The translations under genes were made by a program, and so were the position numbers. Of a stretch of DNA of 60,088 nt, positions 9,570 to 19,587 are shown piece after piece. The first letter of the stretch is position 1; each line of letters opens with the position of its first letter. Below the pieces are notes generated by a model. That model was given only the letters and a program-made list of their open reading frames with translations, ran no database searches and was not told the DNA's origin. The stretch is from an uncultured virus (IMG/VR IMGVR_UViG_3300027861_004722) (taxonomy: Duplodnaviria; Heunggongvirae; Uroviricota; Caudoviricetes), in the IMG/VR virus record IMGVR_UViG_3300027861_004722; one strand, written 5' to 3'.

Positions 9570-12500
9570 ATGCTAAGCTTAGCGATCATTGTCAAAGACG
9601 AAGAAAAAAATATAACTAGACTTTTAGATTCAGTGCAAGGGCTTTACGATGAGCTAATCATTGTAGACACAGGGTCTACTGATCGAACTGTAGAGCTTGC
9701 ACATAGATACACCCCCCATGTACATCATTTTACCTGGGTTAACGATTTCTCTAAGGCGAGAAACTTCTCCTTTAGCAAATGCACCAATCCTTGGATTATG
9801 TGGCTCGATGCGGACGATGTGCTAAAAGCAGAAGACGTTCAAATTATTCGCAGCGAATTTCTAAAAAACCATATTAGATTAGATCTGGATTACATGCTAA
9901 TTAACTACCACTATTTGGTAGAGCCATCAACAATTCACGGAACGGCCAAGGCCACACAGCTCAGAGAGAGGATTATTCGCAGAGAAAAAGCTCGCTGGGT
10001 TGGTCGTTGCCATGAGCATATAGCTGTTGTTTGGGGTCGCACTCATGCTATTTCGGGGGCTGCTGTTTGGCACCTAAGAGACGAGGAAGACAGAGCAGCA
10101 GATGCCAATAGAAATATAGAACTAATGATTCTTGAGGCCCAGGATCGTCCAACCGATAGAAGTTTTTTCTACCTAGGAAACGAGTACGCTAACGTAGGGC
10201 GAACCGAAGAGGCTATTGTGTCCTACAAACGGGCTCTGGATATATCTACTCACATTAATACCAAATTTCAGGCCTGCTATAAAATCGCGCAAAGCCTTCA
10301 AGGACAGCTAAAAACCGATGAAGCCATAAAATGGTATATGAAAGCGCTATCACACCAAGTCGATTACCGCGAGCCCATTCTAGGGTTAGCCTCCATTTAC
10401 ATGGAAAGAAAAGACTTCACTAAAGCCGCTTTTTGGCTAGAAGCTGCATCTCAGGTAGATGAACCCAAACATCCAGAAATGGTCGTATTTAAGCCCAATT
10501 ACTCATCCGTGACGTATGATATGCTAGCCAAAGCTCGATTCGGGCTGAGCCAGTTTGATAAAGCAATTGAAGCCTCTGAAGAGCTTTACAGAATAACCCG
10601 CCAACCCAATATTCTTTCAGATATAGCCTCAAGCCGAGAATCTCTCCGCAATGCCTATAAGAGACCAGAGGGTGTGACAAAGCTAAATCTAGGCTGCGGG
10701 GATAAACCTATAGAAGGATTTATTAATGTTGATCTATTCGAGCAACCCGGAGTTGATGAAGTATTCAGCTTAGACGTAATACCTTATGCCGACTATAGCG
10801 TAGATGAGATTGTAAGTGTGCATTCTCTAGAGCATATACCACGCCCACGGGCCGAGGCCGCAATAAGAGAATGGGCCCGCGTTCTGAAGAAGGGTGGAAA
10901 GCTGTCTCTTAAGGTGCCAGACCTTGAAGAGTGTTGCAGGCTATTCGTTGAGAGGCCGGAGGAGCAGGAACCTTGGTATCAGCACACCATTTACGGGGTT
11001 CAAGATTTTCGAGATGCCCATGATGCACCTTTTAAAGATAAGATAAATTTTGGGCAGATACACTATACAGGATTTACAGAAAGGCGGCTGCGAAGACTAC
11101 TAACAGAAGCTGGTTTTATTATTGATGATATGCACAAATACGATGGGTTTCGCACACCCAGCCTATCAGTTGAAGCGCATTTACCTGCTATTCCAGAAAA
11201 CCAAAAGAAGAGAATTGCCTTCATAAATAACACACTCAATCCCAAGTATCTCAGTTATGGTGATCACTGGGAAGATGCCTTTCGAGCTACTGGACACGAT
11301 TTAGATGTATTCAAGTATGAGCAAGTCGGATCTTTACCAAGCGGTTATGATCTTTACTTTTTTATTGAAGCAAATGGTAGATACGATGTAGCTTCTATAC
11401 CTAATATCTCTCCCAAAGTTCTTTACGTCCAAGATGATCTACGACCAGGAGAGCTGGACTGCTTTGATGTTATAGCTACTCCAGATACAGAAAAATTGCA
11501 TAAATGGGAAGTTGAAGGAAGAACATGTATTTTTCTCACCAATGATTCCCATATAGATAAAGTTAATACACTGCTTTCTCTAAATCTAGCCTCGGCGCTA
11601 GTCCCAGAGCTAGTTCCAGAAGTAGACCATCTAGGTTTTAGTGATCTAATCCCTGTAATAGCGGGATCCAAGGTAGTAGAAATAAGATCACCAAAACCAG
11701 CAGTAAGTTCTATAGTAGACATTATAATTCCTAGCTATAAAAATGTAGAGTACCTCAAACTTACTATTTCATCTGTAAAAAGAAATAGCCCGGAAGCAAA
11801 TATAATTGTAGTCAATAGTGGGGACGATCCTGCTACACGAGCTTATCTGCGAAGCATTCACACCGAAATAGTTCTAATAGATTCTTTTGAGCGCTTAAGT
11901 TTTAGCCAAGCGGTGAACAAAGGACTTAGGTCTTCCACTAGAGATGTAGTAATACTAAACAATGACACTATTGTGGGTAAGAATTGGCTAGCCCCTCTAC
12001 AGAACAGCCCTTTCGATATAACAAATCCATTCAGTAATTGCGACAAAGGTTGGATACACAACCGTTCAATCCAATCCAACGGGGTTGAGCTAGAACCTAA
12101 TATGTTCTTAGGAAGCGTTGACCCAGACCAGATCATGGATCTTAGTAGCCCTTACGATGACAATGTCAGTCGTCACCAACCCAAACAAGCGTGGGTGGCT
12201 TTTTATGCTACTTATATCAAGCGCGAAGTCATTGACCAAACAGGTTACTTAGATGAAGAATTTATCAATGGGGGAGAAGACTATGATTTTTGTCGTCGTG
12301 CCGGGAAGCACGGGTTTACCTGCGGGCACACCTTCTCTAGCTTTGTATTCCATTATGGTGGAAAAACTAGAAAGCTTAGTGAGGATGAAAACTACCAGCA
12401 GCACCATGCAGAAGATAAGCTAAACAATGAATTTATGAAGCTGAAAGATAGAACCACAGTTGCTATCTATGCGGGCCAAGCATGGGAGCCCTGGACTATA

Positions 12501-13517
12501 GATTCTATCAACACTACAGGTATTGGTGGATCAGAGACTTGCGCTGCAATGCTAGCCAAAGGTTTTGCTGAGCGCGGCTATCGCTCTATTCTCTTTGGGG
12601 ATTGCGAAGGACAAGAAGGTTTAAAAGATGGTGTGGAGTATGTCCATCATACTAGATACAATGCCTGGAAAGACGTAAATCATATTGATTATATGATTAG
12701 TTCCAGAAAAATGTCCCCTCTGGGGCATAAAGTTTCTAACACCAAGAACTATGTTTGGTCCCATGATATTTTCATACCAGAATGCATGTATAACTACCCA
12801 CCACACGCAGATAAAGTAACCAAATTTATATGTCTATCTCCCTGGCATGTAGGATTTTTTCACGATCACCATAAAGTAAACACTTCTCAAATTCATATCC
12901 AAGGAAATGGCTTAGATGTTTCCAGGTACGATGCGCGAAAGACCGTTCAAAAAGATCCCCACAGGCTCATATACAGCTCTAGCCCGGACAGAGGGCTACT
13001 AACCCTTCTACAGATGTTTCCTGGATGGAAGAAAGAGTTTCCACAACTCAGTTTGCATATTTTCTACGGGTTTGATAACTGGAAAAAGGCTATACAACAG
13101 CGCAATAATCCAGAAGAAGTAAAACATCTACAAGGCATTGAACAGTTAATAGAACAACCGGGCGTTTACTATCACGGCAGGATCTCCCAAGAGAGGCTAG
13201 CCAAGGAACAGATGAAATCCAGTATCTGGGCTTATCCCACTACTTTTACCGAAACCTTTTGTATAACCTCAACGGAGTGTATGTTGGCTGGCGCTGTTCC
13301 CGTATGCACCACAGTCGCAGCACTTAAGACCACAGTACCCGATGGCTGCGGTGTAAAGGTAGATACACCTTGGGGCGTGTCCGATGCTGTTCTAGATCTA
13401 CTAAGACACCCAGAAAAACAACAACAGTACAGAATCAGGGGGGAGAAACATGTCTTGGAAAATTGTAATTGGAATAAAATTGTCCAAAACTGGGTTGATA
13501 TGTTTGAAACAACTTAA
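9570..13517 (+). CDS. multidomain glycosyltransferase: GT2 + TPR + SAM methyltransferase + GT2 + GT-B/GT4-like
   Basis: DTGSTD, WLDADD, HEH; TPR helices; LNLGCG, HSLEH; LNNDT, GGEDYD; YSSSPDRGL, ETFCI. Confidence 0.9.
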   Translation: MLSLAIIVKDEEKNITRLLDSVQGLYDELIIVDTGSTDRTVELAHRYTPHVHHFTWVNDFSKARNFSFSKCTNPWIMWLDADDVLKAEDVQIIRSEFLKNHIRLDLDYMLINYHYLVEPSTIHGTAKATQLRERIIRREKARWVGRCHEHIAVVWGRTHAISGAAVWHLRDEEDRAADANRNIELMILEAQDRPTDRSFFYLGNEYANVGRTEEAIVSYKRALDISTHINTKFQACYKIAQSLQGQLKTDEAIKWYMKALSHQVDYREPILGLASIYMERKDFTKAAFWLEAASQVDEPKHPEMVVFKPNYSSVTYDMLAKARFGLSQFDKAIEASEELYRITRQPNILSDIASSRESLRNAYKRPEGVTKLNLGCGDKPIEGFINVDLFEQPGVDEVFSLDVIPYADYSVDEIVSVHSLEHIPRPRAEAAIREWARVLKKGGKLSLKVPDLEECCRLFVERPEEQEPWYQHTIYGVQDFRDAHDAPFKDKINFGQIHYTGFTERRLRRLLTEAGFIIDDMHKYDGFRTPSLSVEAHLPAIPENQKKRIAFINNTLNPKYLSYGDHWEDAFRATGHDLDVFKYEQVGSLPSGYDLYFFIEANGRYDVASIPNISPKVLYVQDDLRPGELDCFDVIATPDTEKLHKWEVEGRTCIFLTNDSHIDKVNTLLSLNLASALVPELVPEVDHLGFSDLIPVIAGSKVVEIRSPKPAVSSIVDIIIPSYKNVEYLKLTISSVKRNSPEANIIVVNSGDDPATRAYLRSIHTEIVLIDSFERLSFSQAVNKGLRSSTRDVVILNNDTIVGKNWLAPLQNSPFDITNPFSNCDKGWIHNRSIQSNGVELEPNMFLGSVDPDQIMDLSSPYDDNVSRHQPKQAWVAFYATYIKREVIDQTGYLDEEFINGGEDYDFCRRAGKHGFTCGHTFSSFVFHYGGKTRKLSEDENYQQHHAEDKLNNEFMKLKDRTTVAIYAGQAWEPWTIDSINTTGIGGSETCAAMLAKGFAERGYRSILFGDCEGQEGLKDGVEYVHHTRYNAWKDVNHIDYMISSRKMSPLGHKVSNTKNYVWSHDIFIPECMYNYPPHADKVTKFICLSPWHVGFFHDHHKVNTSQIHIQGNGLDVSRYDARKTVQKDPHRLIYSSSPDRGLLTLLQMFPGWKKEFPQLSLHIFYGFDNWKKAIQQRNNPEEVKHLQGIEQLIEQPGVYYHGRISQERLAKEQMKSSIWAYPTTFTETFCITSTECMLAGAVPVCTTVAALKTTVPDGCGVKVDTPWGVSDAVLDLLRHPEKQQQYRIRGEKHVLENCNWNKIVQNWVDMFETT

Positions 13518-13547
13518 TATGATATGTATAATAAATAAGAGGACCAT

Positions 13548-14042
13548 ATGAATAACAGACAACCGCAATCCTATAAAGATTGGATGAATGAACTTAATAT
13601 CGTAACTTCCGCAGAAGATATGGTAGCAGCCGCCCATATGATGGGCCGTCTAAATCCCAAAACCGCTAAGCATGATATCGCACTGGTTCTTGCTTCAAAA
13701 TATAAAACAGAGCTATCTCGTACAAGCGGCAGATCAATGCTCATTAGAACCATTAGAGAAAAATATGATTTAGTCGCCAAATCATTATTCAACAGCAGGA
13801 TGCAATCCTTAGTAGGCTACGTATTAAAGCATGAGCCCGGGTTCAATGCATCTCATGGGAAAACAACTCTTGGCTTTGTTGACAGTAAGATAGCCTATGA
13901 TGATAAGGGCCGCATCTCCAGAACTCCTCTTGGGTTTTTAAAAAGACCGGATAGCGTGGATAAAGATGGCAATATAGAGCCTGGCCTGGGATTTCTAGAC
14001 GATGGATCTAGTAGCATAGGTGGCGGTTTAGGATTTTTGTAA
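13548..14042 (+). CDS. hypothetical protein with four LGF motifs in the C-terminal tail
   Basis: TLGFV, PLGFL, GLGFL, GLGFL-stop; TATAAT and AGAGGA upstream. Confidence 0.75.
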   Translation: MNNRQPQSYKDWMNELNIVTSAEDMVAAAHMMGRLNPKTAKHDIALVLASKYKTELSRTSGRSMLIRTIREKYDLVAKSLFNSRMQSLVGYVLKHEPGFNASHGKTTLGFVDSKIAYDDKGRISRTPLGFLKRPDSVDKDGNIEPGLGFLDDGSSSIGGGLGFL

Positions 14043-14073
14043 GCTCGCGCTTCAGATAAGCTATAATCAATAA

Positions 14074-14439
14074 ATGGGTATTCCGCTTAATCAATGGATC
14101 ACTATAACTAGAGGTCCCTATAAAATAATAGTAGCAGACTCTCTAGATAAACGATCACAAGGCTTGCAAGGAGTTACCTCCTTGCCAGAAAATACTCTCA
14201 TGCTCTTCCCAAACATTAATCCAGGATCTTATTTTCATACAATTAACTGCTTTTTAAGCTTGGATATAGTGCCTATCAGTAATTCCGGAGAGGTTTTAAA
14301 CATATACACAGTAAAGCCCAATACTAAAAAAGTAGGCCCTACGCCTTATTTAACTTCAAAAATTTTAGAAGCACCAGCAGGGTGGTTTCATAATAAAGGA
14401 ATAAGAATAGGGGATTACGTCCCTTTACTAAACATTTAA
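14074..14439 (+). CDS. DUF192 family protein
   Basis: VADS...RSQGLQ, MLF, LDI, ILEAPAGWF...I.IGD. Confidence 0.8.
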   Translation: MGIPLNQWITITRGPYKIIVADSLDKRSQGLQGVTSLPENTLMLFPNINPGSYFHTINCFLSLDIVPISNSGEVLNIYTVKPNTKKVGPTPYLTSKILEAPAGWFHNKGIRIGDYVPLLNI

Positions 14440-14478
14440 CTATGGTAATCTACCTATAGAACGTAGATAGGAAGATAG

Positions 14479-15291
14479 ATGAGCAGATTCCCATCACTTG
14501 GGTTTAATATAGATTACAAATATCTCTGCGGCAGAGATAATTACACTTGCCAAAACACAAAATGTAATGCTGATCTAGCAGATTTTCAAGTATACTTTCG
14601 AAAACTTGATGAAACAAAATCAGATATAGAGTCCAATATCGTTCTTTCATGCCGCGACTGCGCCACAGCCGCTATTGATTTTAAGCACCCCTTGAGAGAG
14701 TTTTCTGGTCGTTTAATTGTAGTTACAGGACCAATGTTCAGCCAAAAGTCTACTATAACCCGGGCTTTTTATAATAAGTATCGAGTTTTATACAAAGACC
14801 AGGAGCCAGCACCTTTCATCTGGGTTAAGCCAGAGATAGACGATAGAAAACAAGGGTTCACCAAAACCCATGACGAAGATCTAATAGAGGCATACACTAT
14901 CGACGCCAAGAGGCCGGATCTCTTTCTATCAGAATTGGAGAAATACAATATAGTCGCATTTGATGAAGCTCAATTTTATAGTGAGCGAATTCTATTCGTT
15001 ATACAGCACCTACTAAAGAAAGGTTGCTTAGTAATAGCTAATGGCTTAAAATTAACAGCTAAGAGAGATTTGTTTGGGGTTATGCACTACATAATGGCAG
15101 AGGCAGATGAGATTTATTCTTTAAAATCCGTATGCAACACCTGCCAATTAGTAGACTATGCCACTAGAACAAAATCTTTTAATTTAAATTCACCTTCTGT
15201 AAGTATAGGAGGACTAGAGCAGTATTATGCTGTTTGCCCAACATGTGATGGAGGGGAAAATGAAAAAGAGTTTCTTAAAAAATCTTTTTAA
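14479..15291 (+). CDS. tdk: thymidine kinase with N-terminal degenerate HNH-like Zn module
   Basis: TGPMFSQKST, KPEIDDR, FDEAQF, C-terminal CxxC pairs; N-terminal RDNYTCQ..C...NIVLSCRDC. Confidence 0.85.
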   Translation: MSRFPSLGFNIDYKYLCGRDNYTCQNTKCNADLADFQVYFRKLDETKSDIESNIVLSCRDCATAAIDFKHPLREFSGRLIVVTGPMFSQKSTITRAFYNKYRVLYKDQEPAPFIWVKPEIDDRKQGFTKTHDEDLIEAYTIDAKRPDLFLSELEKYNIVAFDEAQFYSERILFVIQHLLKKGCLVIANGLKLTAKRDLFGVMHYIMAEADEIYSLKSVCNTCQLVDYATRTKSFNLNSPSVSIGGLEQYYAVCPTCDGGENEKEFLKKSF

Positions 15292-15439
15292 AAAAAGAAG
15301 ATTCGATTGGTCTTCTGCTAGTTATAGAAAAAAGTCGCTAGACTTGCTGAAAGATACTGATAAATTCAATATTTATCAAGACCCTACACAGAACAAAGTG
15401 GTGTTTCAGGAAAGATTTAAAAAGCTGCACGACAAGTAA
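15260..15439 (+). CDS. small basic hypothetical protein
   Basis: GGAGGGG SD before ATG 15260. Confidence 0.5.
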   Translation: MKKSFLKNLFKKRRFDWSSASYRKKSLDLLKDTDKFNIYQDPTQNKVVFQERFKKLHDK

Positions 15440-15459
15440 TTTGGTATACTTTATCTTGT

Positions 15460-16413
15460 ATGGTAGACATTAAGTTTTATAAGCCTGTTTCAGCTACTTT
15501 CTCTGGCGTTGCCGGAGCACCGGGGAGTTTCCCTACCCCCGTAGCCCCAGGGGCTCCAGCGCCTTTAACCCTAACTACGATTGGGACAGGGTATTCTACT
15601 ATCATCAATAGCGATGGTTCCCTAGAAGTAGAGCTTGTTACTGATGACTCAGCCGCAACGGCAACGCCCACCGGAGTATTTGTTGCTGCTATACACAGAA
15701 CCACTCTGCCCACCTATACAGATGGAGACGGAGCCCTTTTTCATCTTGACAACCGTGGACGACTACTAGTTTCAACTGGTGAAGGATCAATTACAGCAGA
15801 CGTTGAGGTAGACCAGGATCCTGCGCCTGCCACACCAGCTGGCAGCTTCATTTCAATGAAATACGAGGCTGCCTTGCCAACTTATGCAGCGGGTGACGCG
15901 GCAACTTTACACGCCGACGCCCGAGGTAGGCTGCTTGTAGCCGCAATAGATCTAGCTACAGGATCTACTCAAGACATGTCAACCGAAGATAGCGCTGGAC
16001 CCACGAACCCTGTTGGTGCCTTCTCTCTTGGGTTATACAGAACAACACTTCCTACATACACAGATGGGGATGCAGCTAATTTTCATTTTTCTGGTAATGG
16101 GCGTCTCCTCGTTTCCTCCGGTGGCTTGCCCGCGATTAGTGCTACCTCCACAGTAGCTGGTGCCGCTAGTAGCACCTCACTGCTAGCTTCCAATGCTTCT
16201 CGCTCAGGTGCAACCCTCTTCAATGAACAACCTACTGACGGCACGGGGGAGATATTATTCCTATTGCTTGATGCTGCCGCAGCTTCCACTAGCAACTATA
16301 CCGTTCAAGTGCCAATAAACTCATATTATGAAGTTCCCTTCGGCTACACCGGGGAGATTCGCGGAATATGGGGCGCTGCAGTCGGTGACGTAAGAGTAAC
16401 GGAGCTAACATAA
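15460..16413 (+). CDS. putative virion structural protein: 3 internal repeats plus C-terminal beta-sandwich
   Basis: LPTY..GD....H....GRLLV x3; A/T/G/S-rich, almost Lys-free. Confidence 0.6.
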   Translation: MVDIKFYKPVSATFSGVAGAPGSFPTPVAPGAPAPLTLTTIGTGYSTIINSDGSLEVELVTDDSAATATPTGVFVAAIHRTTLPTYTDGDGALFHLDNRGRLLVSTGEGSITADVEVDQDPAPATPAGSFISMKYEAALPTYAAGDAATLHADARGRLLVAAIDLATGSTQDMSTEDSAGPTNPVGAFSLGLYRTTLPTYTDGDAANFHFSGNGRLLVSSGGLPAISATSTVAGAASSTSLLASNASRSGATLFNEQPTDGTGEILFLLLDAAAASTSNYTVQVPINSYYEVPFGYTGEIRGIWGAAVGDVRVTELT

Positions 16414-16414
16414 T

Positions 16415-16834
16415 ATGCCATTAGATAGAGCACAAGAGAACGTAACTACACAAGCCACACGCATAGCAAGCACCACGGCGCTCCGAGCGTCGTCTGTTTT
16501 AACTAACTCCTATGTAAATAGCTCAAGCATTGCTGCTTCAGATAATGGAGAAAATCAGCTTATTCTCCTTGTTGATGTAACTTTAGGATCTCTTACCTCA
16601 ATAGAAATCAAAGTCGAATTTTCAGATGATAATGCTACCTTCTTCCAAGAAAGTTTTGGGGCGATTTCAGGCGGCGCTGATACTCTAACTTTAGGTGAAC
16701 ATACCTTTACAGTAGACGGTAACTATAGACTCCCTATTCCAGTTATGGATAGGTTTTTGAGAATTGCAGCCAAAGGGACCGGAACTGTAACAAGCTCTCT
16801 CTTGGCAATAGATGGCGTTCTGGGAGTTGCATAG
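16415..16834 (+). CDS. putative structural beta-sandwich protein
   Basis: Alternating beta pattern IEIKVEFSDDN..F, RFLRI; coupled to previous gene. Confidence 0.55.
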   Translation: MPLDRAQENVTTQATRIASTTALRASSVLTNSYVNSSSIAASDNGENQLILLVDVTLGSLTSIEIKVEFSDDNATFFQESFGAISGGADTLTLGEHTFTVDGNYRLPIPVMDRFLRIAAKGTGTVTSSLLAIDGVLGVA

Positions 16835-16836
16835 AT

Positions 16837-17208
16837 ATGAGTTTTGCTTTGAGCCACTCATTCCCAAGAGGCGTGTCCGTTGCATTCACAAACGTAACTA
16901 ACGCGACTTCTATGACGATAAACTCCCTAGGGTTCACACCACGAGCCGTAATTGCCTATGGTAGCGTGGGAGGAACACCATCAACTAACACTACAGGATT
17001 TGGAGTAGCAACGGGAACAGGATCCAACCAGGTTGGTCTTGGGTTTGATTCCGTTTTGACTAGCTATATTCTTTTTGATACAGGCGCTGGTGGCGATACG
17101 AGATTCGCAGTGACTTCTTTCACTGAAAGCTCAGTATCAATTACTCGTTCTCAAGGCTCCTCAAATCTATGGGGCTTAATGCTTGTCATTGGCGATATTA
17201 GCGCTTAA
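16837..17208 (+). CDS. putative structural beta-rich protein
   Basis: SLGFTPRAVI motif; S/T/G-rich. Confidence 0.55.
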   Translation: MSFALSHSFPRGVSVAFTNVTNATSMTINSLGFTPRAVIAYGSVGGTPSTNTTGFGVATGTGSNQVGLGFDSVLTSYILFDTGAGGDTRFAVTSFTESSVSITRSQGSSNLWGLMLVIGDISA

Positions 17209-17286
17209 GCATCTCATTCCGCAAACTATAAACGCTAACATGTCCGCCCCTTCGCAACCTAGGCGGTTCTGGAGTATAATTCAAAC

Positions 17287-18378
17287 ATGCCTGCTGATTA
17301 TTATGAAATTTTAGGTGCTTCTCCCGACGCCACCGCTGAAGATATTAAGCGAGCCTATAAAAACCGTGCCAAAGAGTGGCACCCAGACAAGAACGATGGC
17401 TCCGAAGAAAAGTTCAAAAGTCTTGTACAAGCCAATAAGATTCTTAGCAATCCAGAGACTAGAGAAAGTTATGACAGGAAGCGTAATACCTCCCCGGAGT
17501 CCTTCATAAGTAGGTTCTCGGGTTTTAAAGGCGTAGCAAAAGTAGCGGCTGAGACCGCCAGAAAAGTCATGAATGACTTCGTAGGCGAGAACATAGTCGA
17601 AACTATAGATGAAATTCTTGGAAGGAAAAAAGATCCAAAAAACATTGAACTTAAGATAAGTATTACCCTAGAAGAATTGTACTCGGGAGCAGATAAGAGG
17701 GTTCTCTTCAAAAGAAAAGAGCCTTGTGACTCCTGTAAAGGTAGGGGAGCAGAATCAAGTGCGGATATTAAAGTTTGCGCATCCTGCTATGGCATTGGGT
17801 CGTCCTACGATGATTTATCGGATTTATTTAAGAGTAATTCGGAATGTAAAAAGTGCCGAGGAAGCGGGAAAATCATATCTAAGAAGTGTGTAAAATGCAA
17901 AGGAAAGGGAGAGAGTAAATACTCCAGAGATTTTACTTTCCCCATACCCAAAGATTTAAACTTCGGAGAAGCAAAAGACAGACTAATTCTCCCTAAAGAA
18001 GGGGAGTATGGGGGAGATCTAATCATAGAAGTAGACCTTAAACCACATAAATTTTACGAAGTTTCCTGGCCCGACCTTAAACTAGAACTGCCTATCAAAT
18101 TCTACCAAGCGATTTTAGGGGATTTTATAGAAGTAGAGACCTTGCTAGGCCCTGCAATATTTAAGATACCCCCAGGAACAACCCATAAAAACGCAGTAAC
18201 CCTCAAGGGCTATGGTCTTAGAATGCCAGATGAAAAAGGTGAGCCCATGAAGGGCGACTTGAATATCACTCTCGCTGTTGATATACCTACTAAGATAAAT
18301 AAGAAGCAGAGAGAACTACTAGAATCCTATAAAGCAGCAGATAGAACAAAGAAAAAATTACAACCCAAGAAAAAATAA
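17287..18378 (+). CDS. dnaJ: DnaJ chaperone (J domain, Zn finger, C-terminal domain; no G/F region)
   Basis: DYYEILG, WHPDK, four CxxCxGxG. Confidence 0.92.
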   Translation: MPADYYEILGASPDATAEDIKRAYKNRAKEWHPDKNDGSEEKFKSLVQANKILSNPETRESYDRKRNTSPESFISRFSGFKGVAKVAAETARKVMNDFVGENIVETIDEILGRKKDPKNIELKISITLEELYSGADKRVLFKRKEPCDSCKGRGAESSADIKVCASCYGIGSSYDDLSDLFKSNSECKKCRGSGKIISKKCVKCKGKGESKYSRDFTFPIPKDLNFGEAKDRLILPKEGEYGGDLIIEVDLKPHKFYEVSWPDLKLELPIKFYQAILGDFIEVETLLGPAIFKIPPGTTHKNAVTLKGYGLRMPDEKGEPMKGDLNITLAVDIPTKINKKQRELLESYKAADRTKKKLQPKKK

Positions 18379-18418
18379 TACGATATTGACATATCTCTAT
18401 ACTATGTACTAATAGGGC

Positions 18419-18925
18419 ATGATCAAATTGCTTAGCTATCAAGGAAACAGGAAATCTCTCAGGGAACCCGGCAGAAGAGTCACCCGTGACTACGCGACTT
18501 CTTCCGAATTTTTAGAAAATATAGAGAAAATGAAAGAGATTTTGGCCCGAGATGGGGTAGGACTGGCTGCTACACAAGTAGGATGGCCTATTCAGCTTTT
18601 TATGCTCTGCATAGACGAAGACGAAGATAGCTCAGACACCATCGAGCCTCAGATATTTCTAAATCCAGAAATACTTAAATACTCAAAAACAAAAACAAAA
18701 ATGGAAGAAGGGTGCTTAAGCTTCAAAGGGCTATACATCTCAATCTCAAGACCGGCCTCTATCACATGGAAATACGAATCACTAGATGGGGAGGCAGTAA
18801 CCAAGAGTTCTGCAGGCTTTTACGCAAGAGCAGTTCAGCACGAGATCGACCATTGTCACGGCAAGGTATTCATTGATAGGGCCTCTGCTGTACAAAAACT
18901 AAAAATTAAAAAATGGAATGCTTAG
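18419..18925 (+). CDS. def: peptide deformylase
   Basis: GVGLAATQVG, EGCLS, QHEIDH all intact. Confidence 0.95.
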   Translation: MIKLLSYQGNRKSLREPGRRVTRDYATSSEFLENIEKMKEILARDGVGLAATQVGWPIQLFMLCIDEDEDSSDTIEPQIFLNPEILKYSKTKTKMEEGCLSFKGLYISISRPASITWKYESLDGEAVTKSSAGFYARAVQHEIDHCHGKVFIDRASAVQKLKIKKWNA

Positions 18926-18984
18926 CACATCAAAAAGATGTTTATAACTTTAGGCCATAGTTGATATAATGAAAGTAGGTAGGT

Positions 18985-19362
18985 ATGGGTTCATTGGACG
19001 CTTATAAAGACGAAATAATCTCACAACTCCTGGAAGGGGACTGGAAAAGACTTTTCCCCCGAAGGATATATGCAAATTTGACTTCTTGGATGAAGCGGCA
19101 CTCTAAAAAAGAATCTGTAGTCGTAAGATTTACATTCTTTAATCCGTCCAAGGATGGTTCTTCAGACAAAGATATCAGATATGCTGTTTATCTGCTATGC
19201 GACCCAGAAGCTAAAAGAGGGAAGATGACGGTTCATGATATTAAGTTTTCGGAAGAGGATATCCCTCTAGCTATTCCCCCGGTATTATACGAAAAGCCCT
19301 TATATAATATGCCTAACGATCTTTTAGGAAAGATATTAAACAAAAAGAAAAAGTCTGAGTAA
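18985..19362 (+). CDS. hypothetical protein
   Basis: TATAAT and TAGG upstream. Confidence 0.65.
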   Translation: MGSLDAYKDEIISQLLEGDWKRLFPRRIYANLTSWMKRHSKKESVVVRFTFFNPSKDGSSDKDIRYAVYLLCDPEAKRGKMTVHDIKFSEEDIPLAIPPVLYEKPLYNMPNDLLGKILNKKKKSE

Positions 19363-19365
19363 AAT

Positions 19366-19587
19366 ATGCCGAACAACCTAGAAAAAAAATTAGATAGACT
19401 TATTCGGCTTCTAGAAGACCAAGAGCTAAATGCGTATACGAAACAATGTGCTGTTAATAAAAATATGGTCAAAGAGTTAGTGCTTAATACCGTTTTAGCT
19501 AGTGCAGTAGGATATTTTATGTTTAGAATTTTCGATCATCACTTTAGACCAGCCCCCAAACCTAAGACAAGACGTAGAAAAGCCTAA
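19366..19587 (+). CDS. small membrane protein with basic tail
   Basis: LVLNTVLASAVGYFMF then KPKTRRRKA. Confidence 0.6.
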   Translation: MPNNLEKKLDRLIRLLEDQELNAYTKQCAVNKNMVKELVLNTVLASAVGYFMFRIFDHHFRPAPKPKTRRRKA

